Assembly (NCBI GenBank): GCA_951406725.2
Contig: OX597839.1
Location: 18,104,001-18,168,000 of the forward strand
Reading direction: 5' to 3'
Length of the DNA stretch: 64,000 nt
Source: Octopus vulgaris
Taxonomy: Eukaryota
Shown here: positions 26,635-40,579 of the stretch, in pieces
Numbering within the stretch: position 1 is the stretch's first letter
Layout: each line of letters starts with the position of its first letter
Position numbers and translations under genes: made by a program
The notes under the pieces: model-generated
Databases searched by the model: none
Told to the model about the DNA's origin: nothing
Seen by the model: only the letters and a program-made list of their open reading frames with translations

Positions 26635-26843
26635 ATGGCATCCTACGGCAACGATGTACAGTCTTACCGACGATTTCTGGATAATTTCTGTCAGCATTTG
26701 AGATCAAAGAGAAGATCGACCGGAGGTTCGAATCTTGCCGAAGACGAACAAGACAAAAAAATACAGTTGTTCTACGATCACATTGTACAATGCGAAGTAG
26801 AAGGAGAATGTCTGGAATGGATAAGACAATACCTTGACCACTA
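26635..26843 (+). CDS. Probable first coding exon (or 69-aa small ORF) of an unrecognised protein, MASYGNDVQSYRRFLDNFCQHLRSK...ECLEWIRQYLDH
   Basis: Non-repetitive, codon-like composition, good Kozak context GGAATGG; ends at CAC TA|GTAGGT, where the apparent stop overlaps a splice donor; preceded by a GA-rich tract and a possible 5'-UTR intron at 26461-26557. Confidence 0.55.
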
Positions 26844-27147
26844 GTAGGTGTCTCCTTTTTCTTTTCTTTTTGCTTTCATTTATATAATAATAATTCATAT
26901 TATTATTGTTTGTTCTAATAGACACGAGGTCAGATATTTTGCCAGAAGTGATCAATCGATTTAATCACTTGACGGGGACTTTATTTTGTTGATCCCCTAA
27001 AAAGATGAAACGTAAAGTTGACCCTGGAGTGATTTGAACTCACAATGTGGAGGCCACGATGTGTAACACTCAAAGGGATTTTCTTCGACGATCTCACGAT
27101 TCTTGCTATCGTTTATACACACATATACATACATACATACGTGTATG

Positions 27148-27187
<40 letters not shown>

Positions 27188-28857
27188 CCTTTTTACGGCA
27201 TGTATATAAGACTTGTGTGCGCGTATATAGACCTACGTTTCGTGTTTACAAGCGTGAAAAAGTACTGAATGCGTTAGAGAATATATATACACATATAGGC
27301 TATATAAATCTGAGCTTAAGTTTGTTTTTGATCATATAATTTTGAAAATATAAAGCATGATAGAATTGTAGAGATGCGTTAAAATTATGTGTGTGATTTA
27401 CACAATTTAGAGTTCTCATGCGAGAAGAACCCTTCTATACACACACATATTGTGTGTGTGTGTATATATATATAAATAGGTGTTGTTTTTAATTTTTTAA
27501 TGAGTGATCATATATATTCTGCTCAAATGTTTTTTTATGTGCGTGTGCGGTTATATACCCCGATATTTTTGTCTGTTGTCATCGTATATATTACCAAGTC
27601 GTATAGTAATCTTCTTTCTCTCGTTAATTCTATCGTTCTTTTACTTTCTCTCTCTCATTATGTGTTTAATTTCTTTTTGTGTATGTATGACAACGATTCG
27701 ATAATGGAATTGCTTAAATCGACGAAAAATTCAAACAATAATTCGCTTGTCGATTCATCTCAGTATGTTTACTCACTTATGTGTAGTGTGTGTCTTGTAC
27801 ATTCTTATAAATGCGTTTTTAGATCGCGATTTGAGAAACTTCGATGGGTTCAGAGGGATTTCAATCTATTCATTTCTTTTCGTTTTTCTTTTTCCTTTTT
27901 TTTTGTGAGGAGCGATAAGAGAGGGGCAGATTAATTCAAGTGGCGCGTGGAGTGTGCGAGCGCGCACATGCACACACTCGCGCGCACGCGCACACAGCAC
28001 GAGTCAATAACAGCAGGTGAAAGTGCGGAGAGTTATAATGCATGTGGTAGCTCGATCTGCTAGAAACAGCAGCCAGCTTCCATTCAAATCATCACTCCGA
28101 CTATTTAAACACATTGAAATAACACCGTTCTAGATGTTCAGCGGAGTTTGAAATTAGGAGCGCCATCCTTCATGAGGAAAGCAATAGAAATTCCGGTTTT
28201 TTTTTTTTTTGTTTTTTTAACGATTCTAAAACTATTATCATTTCATTTCTTTTTTCTTTTTTGGTATTTTTGTCTCCCTCCTTCCTTTCGATAACCCTTT
28301 CCTTTCTCATCAGGTATAGGGCTTTTATTTTGATATGAAACTCCGCCGGATTGGTCACGGTTTGAATCAAATTCTTTGCTTTGATCACAGTTATATGCTC
28401 AATGAAAGTGTGACCTAAGGGGGCGGGGAAGCAAAGAACTACTATACAATCCGGGTCAACGAAAGTGCCTCCACGTGGTTGCTCAGTCTGCTGGAAATAG
28501 TAGCCAGATCTGTGTTTATCACACATTCCCACTGCCTTTAACAGGGACAGGCTCGTTGGACAATAATATTCATAGATATCTCCTGAAAAAGACGTAATGG
28601 TCACGGCAAGAATTCCTTTTGATCGAAAGTTGACCTAGTACTTAAAACAGTACGTGCCATTGAGGAAAACTAAAACTTGTAACCAAAAACACTTCAGTTT
28701 CTGTTACTTAATGTAAACAAACGGATGGGGACATTGGAATAATTAAAAGAAACCCTTTTATTTTGGGAGGTGGGAGTTTGATAATAAATTAATCTAATTT
28801 TGAATTTCAAGAATTTGTTTTTTTATTATTATTCTAGCGAAATTATTAATTCATAAG

Positions 28858-29257
28858 CGCAGGCGTGGCTGTGTGGTCAAGAAGCTTGCTTCCTAACTAT
28901 GTGGCCTTGGGGTTCAGTCCCGCTGCGTAGCACCTTGGGCAAGTGACTTTTACAATGGATAGTCCCGAGCCGACCAAAGCTTTGTGAGTGAAACAAGCCC
29001 GTAATATACGTGTGTGTGCGTGTGTTATTGTCTCCATCGTGTGATAGTTGTAAGTGAATGTCACCGTCATGCAAGCGGTGTTCTTCGTTTCCAATCTTTC
29101 ATGAAGACTTGTTTGGTCATGGGGAAATATTTACCTTACTTTGAAACAGTTGCGGGTTATTGACAGGAAGGACATCTGGCTATTGAAAATCTGCTTTGAT
29201 AAAATTCCATCTAACCCATGCAAGCATGGAAAAGTGAGCATTTAAACGATGATGATG
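28858..29257 (+). mobile_element. SINE with family-A head and alternative (GAT)n-ending tail
   Basis: gcgcaggcgtggctgtgtggt...ccttgggcaagtgac...catgcaagcatggaaaagtg...gatgatgatg. Confidence 0.75.
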
Positions 29258-31053
29258 GCAGTCTACCCTCAGGAAAGCAAAAATATGTGCCCAATAGCGT
29301 TTGAACTTGGGTCCTAAAGAGATCAAACTTATTCGTTTAATGAAGAGTTCGTGGAATGTTGAATAAGTTCAGTTGTTGTGGGGAGTGAAATCTTCAAACA
29401 TTTCAAGCTCTAGGCTATGAGTGTCCTCATCATCCTAATCATATAACATTCATTTTCCATGGTAGCATAGGTCAGATGGAATTTATTGAGGCAGATCCTC
29501 AACAGCTGGATGCCCTTCCTGTGACCAACCCTCATGTTATCAAACAAAGTAATATTTCCCCACGATTCGATAAAAGACTGGAAACAAACATCACTTGTAT
29601 GATGGTGATGCCCATTTACAACCATCACATGATATCAAGACAAGGCTCCATGCATATACATATATACAAGAAGTTCCTTTTAGTTTCTGTCTATCAAATC
29701 CCACCACAAGGCTTTGGTTGGCCTGTGGTTATATAAGAAGACTCTTGCCCAACGTGCTGTGCAGTGAGATTGAACCATAGACCAACATAGTTGGGAAGCA
29801 AGCTTCTTACTCATACAGCCATGCTTGTGTAAAAGTTTGGACCAGGATTCGAGTTTCCCACCTATCTCAAAGGCCCTGAAATCGGTCCTAGTCTTGGGGG
29901 CTGTTGTTCATCCTAGCATGAATGCTTACAATAGAGGGGATTCCGCTAAAAGCATCCAAGGTGTTAGTTAGTGGAGCAAAACCAAATGACAGATTAAATC
30001 CGCTGACCAATTAGGCCTGGCTGGATTTGAACTCAGAACAAAAAGAACTAGGACAGAAACTGCAAGGCATTTGATTTAATGTTCTTATAGCTCCAAACAC
30101 CAACCACTAATCTAGGGTAGTGGATTAATAAATCCACTACCCTAGATTAGCCTTTTTCTTATATTACTCACCTGCGAAAAAGGATAAGATGTAAAGGATT
30201 TGAACTCTGACCACAGAGATACAGAATAAAGACCACAAGGTAGAAGAAAGAAAGAGTTATTTACTTTCCACTGAAGAGCAAGAGTGCAGAAGTTTAAGCT
30301 TTCATTTCCAGGTAGCAATTGAATTTATTCCACATTCCTAGAACTCTTCATTGGATTTATCAATCGTGATATAGGCCCTATGTCATTTGGAATCTTGATA
30401 TCATTAACACTTTGCCTACCTGACGTATCTTGCACCATATTTTCTTTTGCATCAGTGGTCTAATTTTCTTATAAATTCATCATCATCATCATCGTTTAAC
30501 GTCCGTTCTCCATGCTAGCATGGGTCAGACGGTTCGACTGGGGATCTGGGAAGCCAGAAGGCTGCACCAAGCTCCAGTCTGATCTGGCAGTGTTTCTACA
30601 GCTAGATGCCCTTCCTAACGCCAACCACTCCGTGAGTGTAATGGGTGCTTTTTATGTGCCAGGCGAGGCTGGCAACGGCCACGATTGGATTGGTGCTTTT
30701 TACGTGTCACTGGCACAGAAGCCAGTCAAGGCGGCACTTCATTTTTTTTTTTTTAATTTAATTTTAACCATATATAGTAAAGTGCATGGCTTAGTGGTTA
30801 GCTTATTCAGCTCAGAGTCATAACATTGCCAGTTCGATTCCTGGTGGCATACTGTCCTTGAGCCAGGCACTTTATTTCACATTGCTCCAATCCACTCAGC
30901 TGATAAAAATTAGTTGTACCTATATTTCAAAGGGCCAGCTTTGTCATATTCCATGTCATGCTGAATCTCCCTGAGGACTACATCAAGAGTACACATGTCT
31001 GTGGAGTTCTCAGCCACTTGCATGTTAATTTCACAAGCAGGCTATTCCATTAA

Positions 31054-31263
31054 CCTTTTCATTACCGTATTTATTTTGAGATGCTCTGTGTTTCATTCAA
31101 TTAATTTTATATATAACAAAGACTTTAGTAAAATAACTTACTTATCATTAAGCTAGTGTTAGTAACATAAATTGTGACTAAGGTTTGGTGGAAGATTTTG
31201 ATTCAAAACTTAACAAGACATTTGTACTGCAGAGTGGTTTTGGCCAGGTTGGTAATGAAAAGG
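31054..31263. mobile_element. piggyBac-type MITE inserted in a SINE
   Basis: TTAA|CCTTTTCATTACC ... GGTAATGAAAAGG|TTAA; related copies at ~3705-3910 and 51990-52211. Confidence 0.8.
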
Positions 31264-33199
31264 TTAATCAGATCAACTGGAATACCTGTGCCAGCTAACT
31301 ATATATATGTTCTAATTCACTATATAAACTACGACATTGATGTACAGTATGGGTATCACTGGTGACCCCTACAATACAGAAAGAATATAATGTTAGTTCT
31401 GTACTAATCAAGACACTAGTGATACACATGTTAAAAGGTGTTGGAATGTCCATTATACGTATGTTTATGGATATTTTTTTCATTTAAAAGCACTCAGTCC
31501 ACTCTGTTGAGTGGTTGGTGTTTGGAAAGGCATCCAGCTGTAAAAACCTTGCCAAAGCTGACCTCGCCTGTGCTTGTGCCACGTAAAAAGTACCAAGTCC
31601 ACTCTGCTGAGTGGTTGGTATTAGGAAGGGCATCCAGCTGTAAAAATCCTGCCAAAACAGTCACAGAAGTCTGGTGCAGGCTTTGGCCTGGCTGGCTCTT
31701 GTGAAACCATCCTACCCATGCTAGCATGGAAGATGGATGTTAAACGATGATGATGATGATTTATGACTTTTTTCTGCATGGTGCAGGTGTGGTGAAAAGC
31801 TTACTTCCCAACCAAAAGATTCTGGGTTCAATCCCACTGTGTGGAACCTTGGGCAAGTGTCTTCTACTATTGTCCCAAGTTGACCAAAGCCTTGTGAATT
31901 GGCACTGAAAGAAGCCTGTTGAATATATGTAGCTATATATATATTTATATATACACACACAAAGAGATAGGTGTGTGTGTGTTTTACTGTGTGCTTAATG
32001 AATGTTTGTATCATGCTAGCAGTGTCCTTCATTGATAATCTTTAGTGAAAAACATACCTTGTCATGGGAGAACTATTACCTTACTTGGAGACAGGTAAAA
32101 TTGGGGATTGGCAACAGGAAAATTGTCCAACGGTAGAAAACCCACTTCATCTAAAATTCCGTCCAGCCCATGTGAGCATGGAAAACTGGATGTTCAAACC
32201 ATGATGATGATTCTATTTACATAAGCCTTTGTGGCTTCATTTTGCACAAAAATTAGTTTTTGGAAGGCAGTGCTTCAATGATGGAATTGATGGTGACTTA
32301 CACCCTTCTTACTTGGTCCTATCTCAGCTTCTGTTGATTCAAATTGAAAACCATCAGAGATTTACAAAGCAACAGGTGTTCTATACATCTCCTAAAATTT
32401 GAATAATATAGTTTCAACTACAGTAATGAGAGTGTCCTTAAAAAACTTCAGCAGTGGGAGTCATAGGTGACTCCCATGGAACATTAAGAATATAACTAAC
32501 ATAGGGAGTCACCGGTAATTCTCATGGTAGGCAATTAAATGTAATCTTTCGGCTTAAGATCACAAAGTGAAAGTGAAAAGCAAATTGGCATTAAATGCCT
32601 ATGAAGTGAAAGTGAATGTTACCTGATTTGTCTCTTTAATGATTTAATCAATGATTAATTATGAAAAGATTGATTGATTGTTTGTGACACGATTTATTAG
32701 GATACAAAAGTTGAATGTCCAAATAATTTTATTAGTAAAATCATCACCATTATCATTATCATTTTAATGTCCAGTTTTCCCTACTTGTATGGGTCAGATG
32801 GAATTTACCAAATAGCCCCGCTGCGCCTATATATATATGTTTCTTTATTACCCACAAGGGGCTAAACGTAGAGGGGACAAACAAGGACAGACAAATGAAT
32901 TAAGTCAATTAGATCGATCCCAGTGCATAACTGGTACTTAATTTATCAACCTCGGAAGGATGAAAGGCAAAGTCGACCTCAGCGGAATATATATATATGA
33001 GATATGCAAACAAAATTATATAATTTATAGTTTAGAATATGAAAGCAAAACAATTAAATTGAAGGATTATAATGCCTCATCCAAATCAAGAATTACATAA
33101 GTATGTTGTTTTTATGATTCCTTGGGCAGAAAAATTCTTAGGTGAGTTAGGAAAAGGACATCTGATGTTTCCCACACGATGTGATATTTGTCTTTCACA

Positions 33200-33402
33200 T
33201 TGCTCTTTTCGAAGCGCCTCCCCCTATTGGGAATTTCAATTGTTATATTTTCGTTGTTATCTCTGGAATTTTTACATGGTTTTTTGCAAACGGACTACAC
33301 CCTTTGTAACTTTCGTCCTGTGATTTGTCCCTTTATGTCTTAATTAATTTTTGTCAGCCTTTGTGGCCAATAAACGAACTAATTATTATTATTATTATTA
33401 TT
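33200..33402 (+). mobile_element. LINE-like 3' end with (ATT)n tail; second copy at ~43390-43665
   Basis: ttcgaagcgcctccccctattg...ctttgtaactttcgtcctgtg...tgtggccaataaacgaac + attattatt is shared by both loci. Confidence 0.65.
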
Positions 33403-33977
33403 CCTCCTCCTCCTCCTTTTATTTGTTTCACTCATTGCAGTGAAATTGTAATCATAGCCAGTGCCAGAGACACATAAATAGCACCCCATACCGGTGACAC
33501 GTTAGAGGCACGTAAGGGGCGCCTGTGCTGGTGACACGTAAGAGGCACCTATGCTGGTGACACATAAAAGCCATCCATTACACTACACTACTGGAGTGGT
33601 TGTCATTAGGAAGGGCATCCAGCTGTAGAAACGAGCTTACTAATCCCAGTCAAACTGTCTAACCCTTACCAGCATGGAAAACAGACACTTGATGATAATG
33701 ACGATGATGATGTTGATTGCACTGTGGCCATGCTGGTGCACCACCTTGAATGGTTCAGCCAAAATTTCAACCTTATACTTAATTTTTTTCTCTTATTCTA
33801 TCAGTCTCTTTGCTATCTCTCACATCAAACAACCATGTAGATACAGACCTACTCACTTGTAAGCTCATGAAGGATGCTGACAGCAGTGAGATTTTCCCCA
33901 ACCATCTTTTGTCAACTTTGAGACTCAACGTTTTCAGCAATGTATGACTCATATTATTATTTTTTAAAAACTATTTT

Positions 33978-34170
33978 TCTTGTTTTAGTCATTTGACTCC
34001 AGCCATGCTGGAGCACCGCCTTTAGTCAAGCAAATTAACTCCGGGACTTATTCTTTGTCAGCCCAGTACTTATTCTATCGGTCTCTTTTTGCCGAACCGC
34101 TAAGTGACGGGGACGTAAACACCAGCATCAGTTGTCAAGCAATGCTAGGGGAACAAACACAGACACACAA

Positions 34171-34201
<31 letters not shown>

Positions 34202-34347
34202 CATATATACGACGGGCTTCTTTCAGTTTCCGTCTACCAAATCCACTCACAAGGCATTGGTCGGCCCGGGGCTATAGCAGAAGACACTTGCCCAAGATGC
34301 TACGCAGTGGGACTGAACCCAGAATAGCAAGCTACTTACCACACAGC
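33978..34347 (-). mobile_element. SINE family A
   Basis: Reverse complement of the family consensus with a small deletion in the head. Confidence 0.85.
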
Positions 34348-34849
34348 CGATGCCCAATCATGCTGGAATATTTCCTGACCTGGTAACAGGTGAAGTTTAG
34401 CAACGGGAAGTTGAGTCCCAACCATAGAAATCTGCCTCGTGTGGTAAGAAGCTTGCTTCCCAAGTACATGATTCCGGGTTCAGTCCCACTGAGTGGCTCC
34501 TTGGGAAAGTTTCTTTGACTAAAGCTTCTCTTTGACCAAAGCCTTGTGAGTGGACCTAGTAGATGGAAACTGAAAGAAACCCATCATATGTATTTGTGTT
34601 TTTGTGTTTGTTCACCCATCAGCTCTTGACCATTTTTGGTGTATTTATGTCTCTGTAACTTTGTGGTTCCGCAAAAGAAACCGATGGAATAAGTACCAGG
34701 TTTTTGAAAAAAAAATCAAAAAAATAAGTACTGGAGTCAAACCATTTAACTTTTTTATTCATTAAAGCTGTGCCCCAGCAGGGCCACATTCTAATGAGTG
34801 AGACAAGCAAAAGATGAAACCCATGCAAGCATGGAAAAGTGCACATTAG

Positions 34850-35026
34850 AATGATGATGACGACAACGATGATGATGATAATGACAAAAATGATCATGAT
34901 AATGATGATGACGACAGCAATGATGACGACAAAGATAATGATAATGTCAATAATGATGACAGTAATAATGACAACGATGATTATGATGATGATCATGATA
35001 GTGATGACAATGACAATAATGATGCT
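34850..35026. repeat. Degenerate (ATG/ATA/ACG)n trinucleotide expansion grown from a SINE tail
   Basis: Directly follows catgcaagcatggaaaagtgcacattaga. Confidence 0.85.
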
Positions 35027-35313
35027 ATTGTCCAAATATGTTTTAAAATCATCACTTGCTACTTTATTATAATAGAATATGACAAAAACACAAAAAAATT
35101 TGAAAATGAGACCAGAATTTTCTATCCTTTACGTGACTATTTACACATAACATCTCAAATAACTTTTTATCGTTATCATCATCTGATAATATGCAAAGAG
35201 CCTATCTCTTGTAAAGCAGGCACATTATCTGTGCTATAAAATATACACATGTACGTTAGAGGTGTATATCTATGGGTATATCGGTATGTGTGTGTGTTTG
35301 TGTATTGGTGAAC

Positions 35314-35364
<51 letters not shown>

Positions 35365-35755
35365 TCTTTGTATGTATATATGTGCTTATACATATATATA
35401 TATATATACACACACACATCTTTGTATATAAATGTATGTATATATGTGCTTATGTATATATGTGCTTATACATATATATATATATATATAGATAGATACA
35501 TAGATGTTTATGTATATGTGAAAATGTATGTCTTTATAGATGTATCTGTATGTGTGTGTACATGTATATATGTACCTGTGTGTGTATATATTCTTTTATT
35601 TGTCTCAATCATATGACTGCAGCCATGCTGGAGCACTGCCTTTAGTCTAACAAATCGACCCTCAGGACTTATTCTTTGTAAGCCCAGTACTTATTCTGTC
35701 AGTCCTTTTTGCTGAACTGCTAAATTACAGGGACATAAACACACCAACATAAGCA

Positions 35756-36141
35756 TAAGGGGATGCTGAAAAGTGCTGGCTTCAAAGGTATCGCAAAAGG
35801 CTTGGTTGGAGGCCCAACTTTCCAAGTTCTTTTAAAAGGCTTAGAAAAACTGAAGGACCACTTCAATATGTGAATCCGAAAGGGAAATATGTTGATGGAA
35901 ACTGAAAAAAGTCCACTGTATGTACAAGGGGATGCTGAAAAGTTCCTGGCTTTAAGGGTATCGTGAAAGGCCTAGCTGGAGACCTAACTTTCCAAGTTCT
36001 TTTATAAGGCTTAGAAAAACTGAAGGACCACTTCAAAAAGTGTGTGAATCTGAGAGGGAAATATGTTGGATAAAATTAACTAATCTCCCTGTATTTTTTT
36101 TTTTTTTACCCAAAACCTGGACCTTTTCAGCACCCCCTCAT
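35756..36141. mobile_element. Mariner-type MITE with the same partial duplication as 10410-10800
   Basis: aaggggatgctgaaaag occurs twice; right TIR cttttcagcaccccctcata. Confidence 0.75.
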
Positions 36142-36562
36142 ATGTGTGTGTGTCTTGAGGGGGCTAAGTAAAGTGTTGCAAGACTCACTGAAAGTTTTAC
36201 TAAAGATCTTCAACAACAAACATAACACAACAGGAGAGCAAATAGCATAGAGAAGAATGGGGTGCAAGCAGTTTGCAAGGGCTCCAAGATGTGCAACCCC
36301 TACAGAATGTATGCAGGCATGAAAGGATAATACCATCAAATCACCCACCGCCACTTGCATTCCCCGTCCCTGTCCACACTGCCAAAGGCACTTCTATATG
36401 CGGATTGGACTAATTGGTCAGCTGTGCACTCACAGGGCTCTGACTACACCAGGTGGTGCCCCAGCATGGCTGCATTCCGACTGAAGCCAAAGAAATAAAA
36501 AGAAATTTGTGTGTGTATGTGTGTGTGTGTATCACCATCGTCACCAACACCTTAATTATCAT

Positions 36563-36599
<37 letters not shown>

Positions 36600-36793
36600 A
36601 AGTAAGGACATCTGTTTGTCTGCCTCTCCCTTCATCTCTTGAAATACAGGTACAGCTTATTTTTGCCAGCCGAGTGTACTTGAGCAATGTGAAATAAAGT
36701 ATCTTGCTGAAGGACACAGGAATCGAACTCACGGCTTTATGAGCGTGAGCCGAGTACTAAATCATACACCTTTACACACACACACATACACAC

Positions 36794-36862
<69 letters not shown>

Positions 36863-36946
36863 TATATATGTGTATGTATGTGTATGTATATGTATGTATT
36901 TGTATATATATGTATGTATATGTATATATGTATGTATATGTATATG

Positions 36947-36980
<34 letters not shown>

Positions 36981-37398
36981 TGTATATATATATATATATG
37001 TATATGTATCTATATGTATGTATCTAAGCAAAAAAAAAAAAAAAAAAGAAATATAACTCAAAACATGAGAATATATAGGGTTTTTTTTGTTTTGTTTTTA
37101 ATTATTAATAATCAACAGATTGACTCAAGGTCCGAGAGTTTCGTTGACACTTATTGTTTTTTTTTCAAACCCTGTATCGCCATCGCCGCCAACACCATAA
37201 TCATTATCATTACCCTCTTCCTCTCTCTCTCTCTATCTGTCTGTCTCTTTTTCAAGTAAGGACATCTGTTTGTCTCTCTCCCTTCCTCTCTCTCTCTCTC
37301 TCTCTCTTATCTTTATAACATATTTTATATCACTGTTACCATACGATTCATGCTTACTGGACTGGATTATATAACTCAAAACACATTTTCTGTTTCTC

Positions 37399-37429
<31 letters not shown>

Positions 37430-38173
37430 GTTTCCACTTACGTACCTACATACGTCTCTAAATTAAACTGTGTTGCTTCAAACTGCACGTCAGATGTTCC
37501 TTGTCAGATGACACTACGCACGCATACAAATTAAGTTTATTCTAACCACCACCACTTTCTCACCTCTCCCCCGTCTCCCTTGCCTGCTTTTCTGTCTATC
37601 TTTCTCTCTCTCTCTCTCTCTCTCTTCCTCCCCTTCTGTCAGTCTATCTCTTGCTATTTCATCTCTCCCTCCCTTGTCTCTCTCTATTATTTCTTCTTTC
37701 CATTTGCTCGTCTTTATTTCTCTCCTCCCTCTTTTATCTTCTCTCTCTTTATTTCTCTCTCTGTTACTTTGTCCATTACTCTCCACCTCTCTCTCTCTTT
37801 CTCTTCCTCTCTTAATCTCTTTGCATTTAGCCTTTCTCTCACCCACTCTTTCTTGCCTTCTTTCTACCTGTCTCTCTTTCTCTCTCTCTCTTTTTCTCAC
37901 CCATTCTCGTCTCTTTTTATGTATACGTCACCTTTTTTATGAATATCATCTTTATTTTTTCTTCATTTTTCTTTTTTATCCATTTCTTCCCCCTTTCCCC
38001 CTCTTTCTCTCGGCATTTCTTTTTCTCTCTCTCGCTTTCCCCTTCATTTTTCTTTATCCTTTTCTTCCTCCCTCCCTCTCTCTGTCGGCATTTCCTTTCT
38101 CTTTTTCTCTCTCTTTCCATCCATTTCTCTCTCTATTTTCCTCTCTCGCTTTCCCCTTCTTTATTTTTCTTCA

Positions 38174-38204
<31 letters not shown>

Positions 38205-38500
38205 CCCTCTAACTTCTCCTAATCTCCAGTACAGTCAGCTTAAACCTGTCACAAACCTTATTAATAACATCACACATAACATAAGCATATTACAGACTTA
38301 AGACGTTGGTCAGTCTCCCGAGTCCTCAATACTTGCCTTGCTCATCTCCTACACATCAACATGTCTATCAGGCTTAATTCTTCTTCACAAATCACCTACC
38401 GACCTGAATTATATAAAATTTTAACCCTTCCTGTTTCACCCTGGGGACTGGACTGGGGTTCGTCAACCTTCTAACATCATTCCTTAAAAGAAAAATATTA

Positions 38501-38909
38501 GGATCTTTTCGGTTTGAACGGCAGTTTTTTCTAGCGATGTCATATGAAATTGTCACCCATAATTATGACCCTAGTATCGATCTATTGCATTTCAATCTGT
38601 TTTAGGGTTAGGGGTGGGGAGAAGGGTATCTTTTTTTCTTCCCAAATGTAAATAAACCCAATCTGTTTCTTAAACGAGGGACATATTCATACGGCACAGA
38701 ATGTTTTCACCTCAATAGACGTCATTGATTGGTTGAAATTGCTGAAATTGAAGAAAAAACAACAAATATCTTACAAACTATAGGATTTTCTCAATAAAGC
38801 CAAGAGAAAAAGATGTTTTATGAACACATTCTACCAGTATACGAAGTTTAAAATTTTTTAATTACCTAGAAATTATGTTTAAAAACTGCCGTTCAAACCG
38901 AAAACATCC
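38501..38909. mobile_element. Merlin-like MITE, opposite orientation to the 21306 copy
   Basis: Same TIRs; TSD aaatatta/aaatattc (7/8). Confidence 0.88.
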
Positions 38910-39692
38910 AAATATTCTGTATTTATTCTCTGATCAACAGACATAAATATAATTAAAAGCGTTTTAGTGATCTTTATCTTTAACTCGTTCTACTCACTGG
39001 ACTGCGGTCATACTGGGGCACTGCCTTGAAGGGTTCTAGTCCAAGAGATCCTTCAGGTCTATTTTTGCCGAACCGCTAAGTTACGAGGACGTAAACAAAC
39101 CAACGCTGGTCGTCGAACGGTATCGAGGGACAAACGCAAGACACATTACACGCACGATCGCGCTTGTGTGTGTGTAAACAGCTGTTTAGCTTGTAGACAA
39201 TGTCCTTCGGTATTAACCAAAGGGTTCCGGGTTCGATTTTCACGTGGAAGCTTTATCATTCATTGCTGTTCGACTACGTCCTCGTTTCATACATATTTTC
39301 CAATCGTTACGCTGTGTGTGTGTGTGTACATATAGAGAGATAATGATCCAAATAAATAAAACCGCTTAGGCTAGATGTATAAAATATAGATGCATATGTA
39401 ATATGTAAATAGAGGGAAATAGCCTGAAAATATTCAGCCAATGAACAGATATATATATATATATATATATATATACATTCAAAAATGAGGGTGAAAAATT
39501 AGATATTAATTTAATAATACCCTTATTTTAACACCAAGCGACCTAATATATATATATATATATATATATATGTAAAATAATACAAACTGGGACAAGAACG
39601 CAAAACATTTAGAAGACGATACAAAAAACTCGGACGGGAGATTCGAAGCCTTCAATCTTCAGTCAAGAACCGGATCATCCTCGCAATTTCGG

Positions 39693-39753
<61 letters not shown>

Positions 39754-39814
39754 AGAGATAGATAGATAGATATTTATACATTAACAGAGCAGATTTACAA
39801 AGCATATATATGTG

Positions 39815-40131
39815 CACAAGTGTCTTCTACTATAGCCTCGGGCCGACCAAAGCCTTGTGAGTGGATTTGGTAGACGGAAACTAAAAGAAGCCCATCGTAT
39901 ATATGTATATATATATATATATGTGCGTGTTTGTGTATATGTGTTTGTCCCCCTAGCATTGCTTGACAACCGATGCTGGTGTGTTTATGTTCCCGTTACT
40001 TAGCGGTTCGGCATAAGAGACCGATAGAATAAATACTGGGCTTACAAAAGAATAAGTCCCGGGGTCGAGTTGCTCGATTAAAGGCGGTGCTCCAGCATGG
40101 CCGCAGTCAAATGACTGAAACAAGTAAAAGA
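39815..40131 (+). mobile_element. SINE family A, 5'-truncated
   Basis: caagtgtcttctactatagcctcgggccgacc...gactgaaacaagtaaaagag. Confidence 0.85.
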
Positions 40132-40336
40132 GAGAGATATGTATGTATGTGTGAGCGAGAGAGAGAGAGAGAGTAACAGTAGATGTACAGGTGTCAATCT
40201 GGATTTCTTCACCCAGCTGGCTCTAATTGTCTACGTTCACCACAAGAATATCATTCGGCCAGTGCTTATGTACTAAGTTTGATATTTACATAGTATTGTG
40301 TGTGTACGTTATTCCGACCTAAACGAGGTACCTCAA

Positions 40337-40430
40337 TATATAGGCGCAAGTAAAGAATACGCACACCCAATGTTTAGGGTTAAAGTTACACCGAAAACGA
40401 TAGTGTGCGTATTCTTTGCCTCTGCCTATA
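40337..40430. mobile_element. Tiny MITE (~90 bp); a half copy lies at 22647-22700
   Basis: ataggcgcaagtaaagaatacgcacac ... gtgtgcgtattctttgcctctgcctat inverted ends. Confidence 0.65.
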
Positions 40431-40470
40431 TGTGTGTGTATATATATATGTATATATATGTATGTTTGTT

Positions 40471-40503
<33 letters not shown>

Positions 40504-40579
40504 GTGCTAATTCATAATTATATAAATAATTATATGAAAGGGTGCGGATTGACCACACCAGCAATATATATGCACACAC

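Noticed and set aside
30271-30300. Hammerhead-like ctgaaga-gca..tgc-agaag
   Set aside because: No GAAA and no stem I or III.
32270-32400. Possible plus-strand exon (CFNDGIDGDLHPSY...)
   Set aside because: Weak splice signals and no recognisable homology.
34619-35072. Ile-rich and Met-rich ORFs
   Set aside because: Trinucleotide expansion of a SINE tail.
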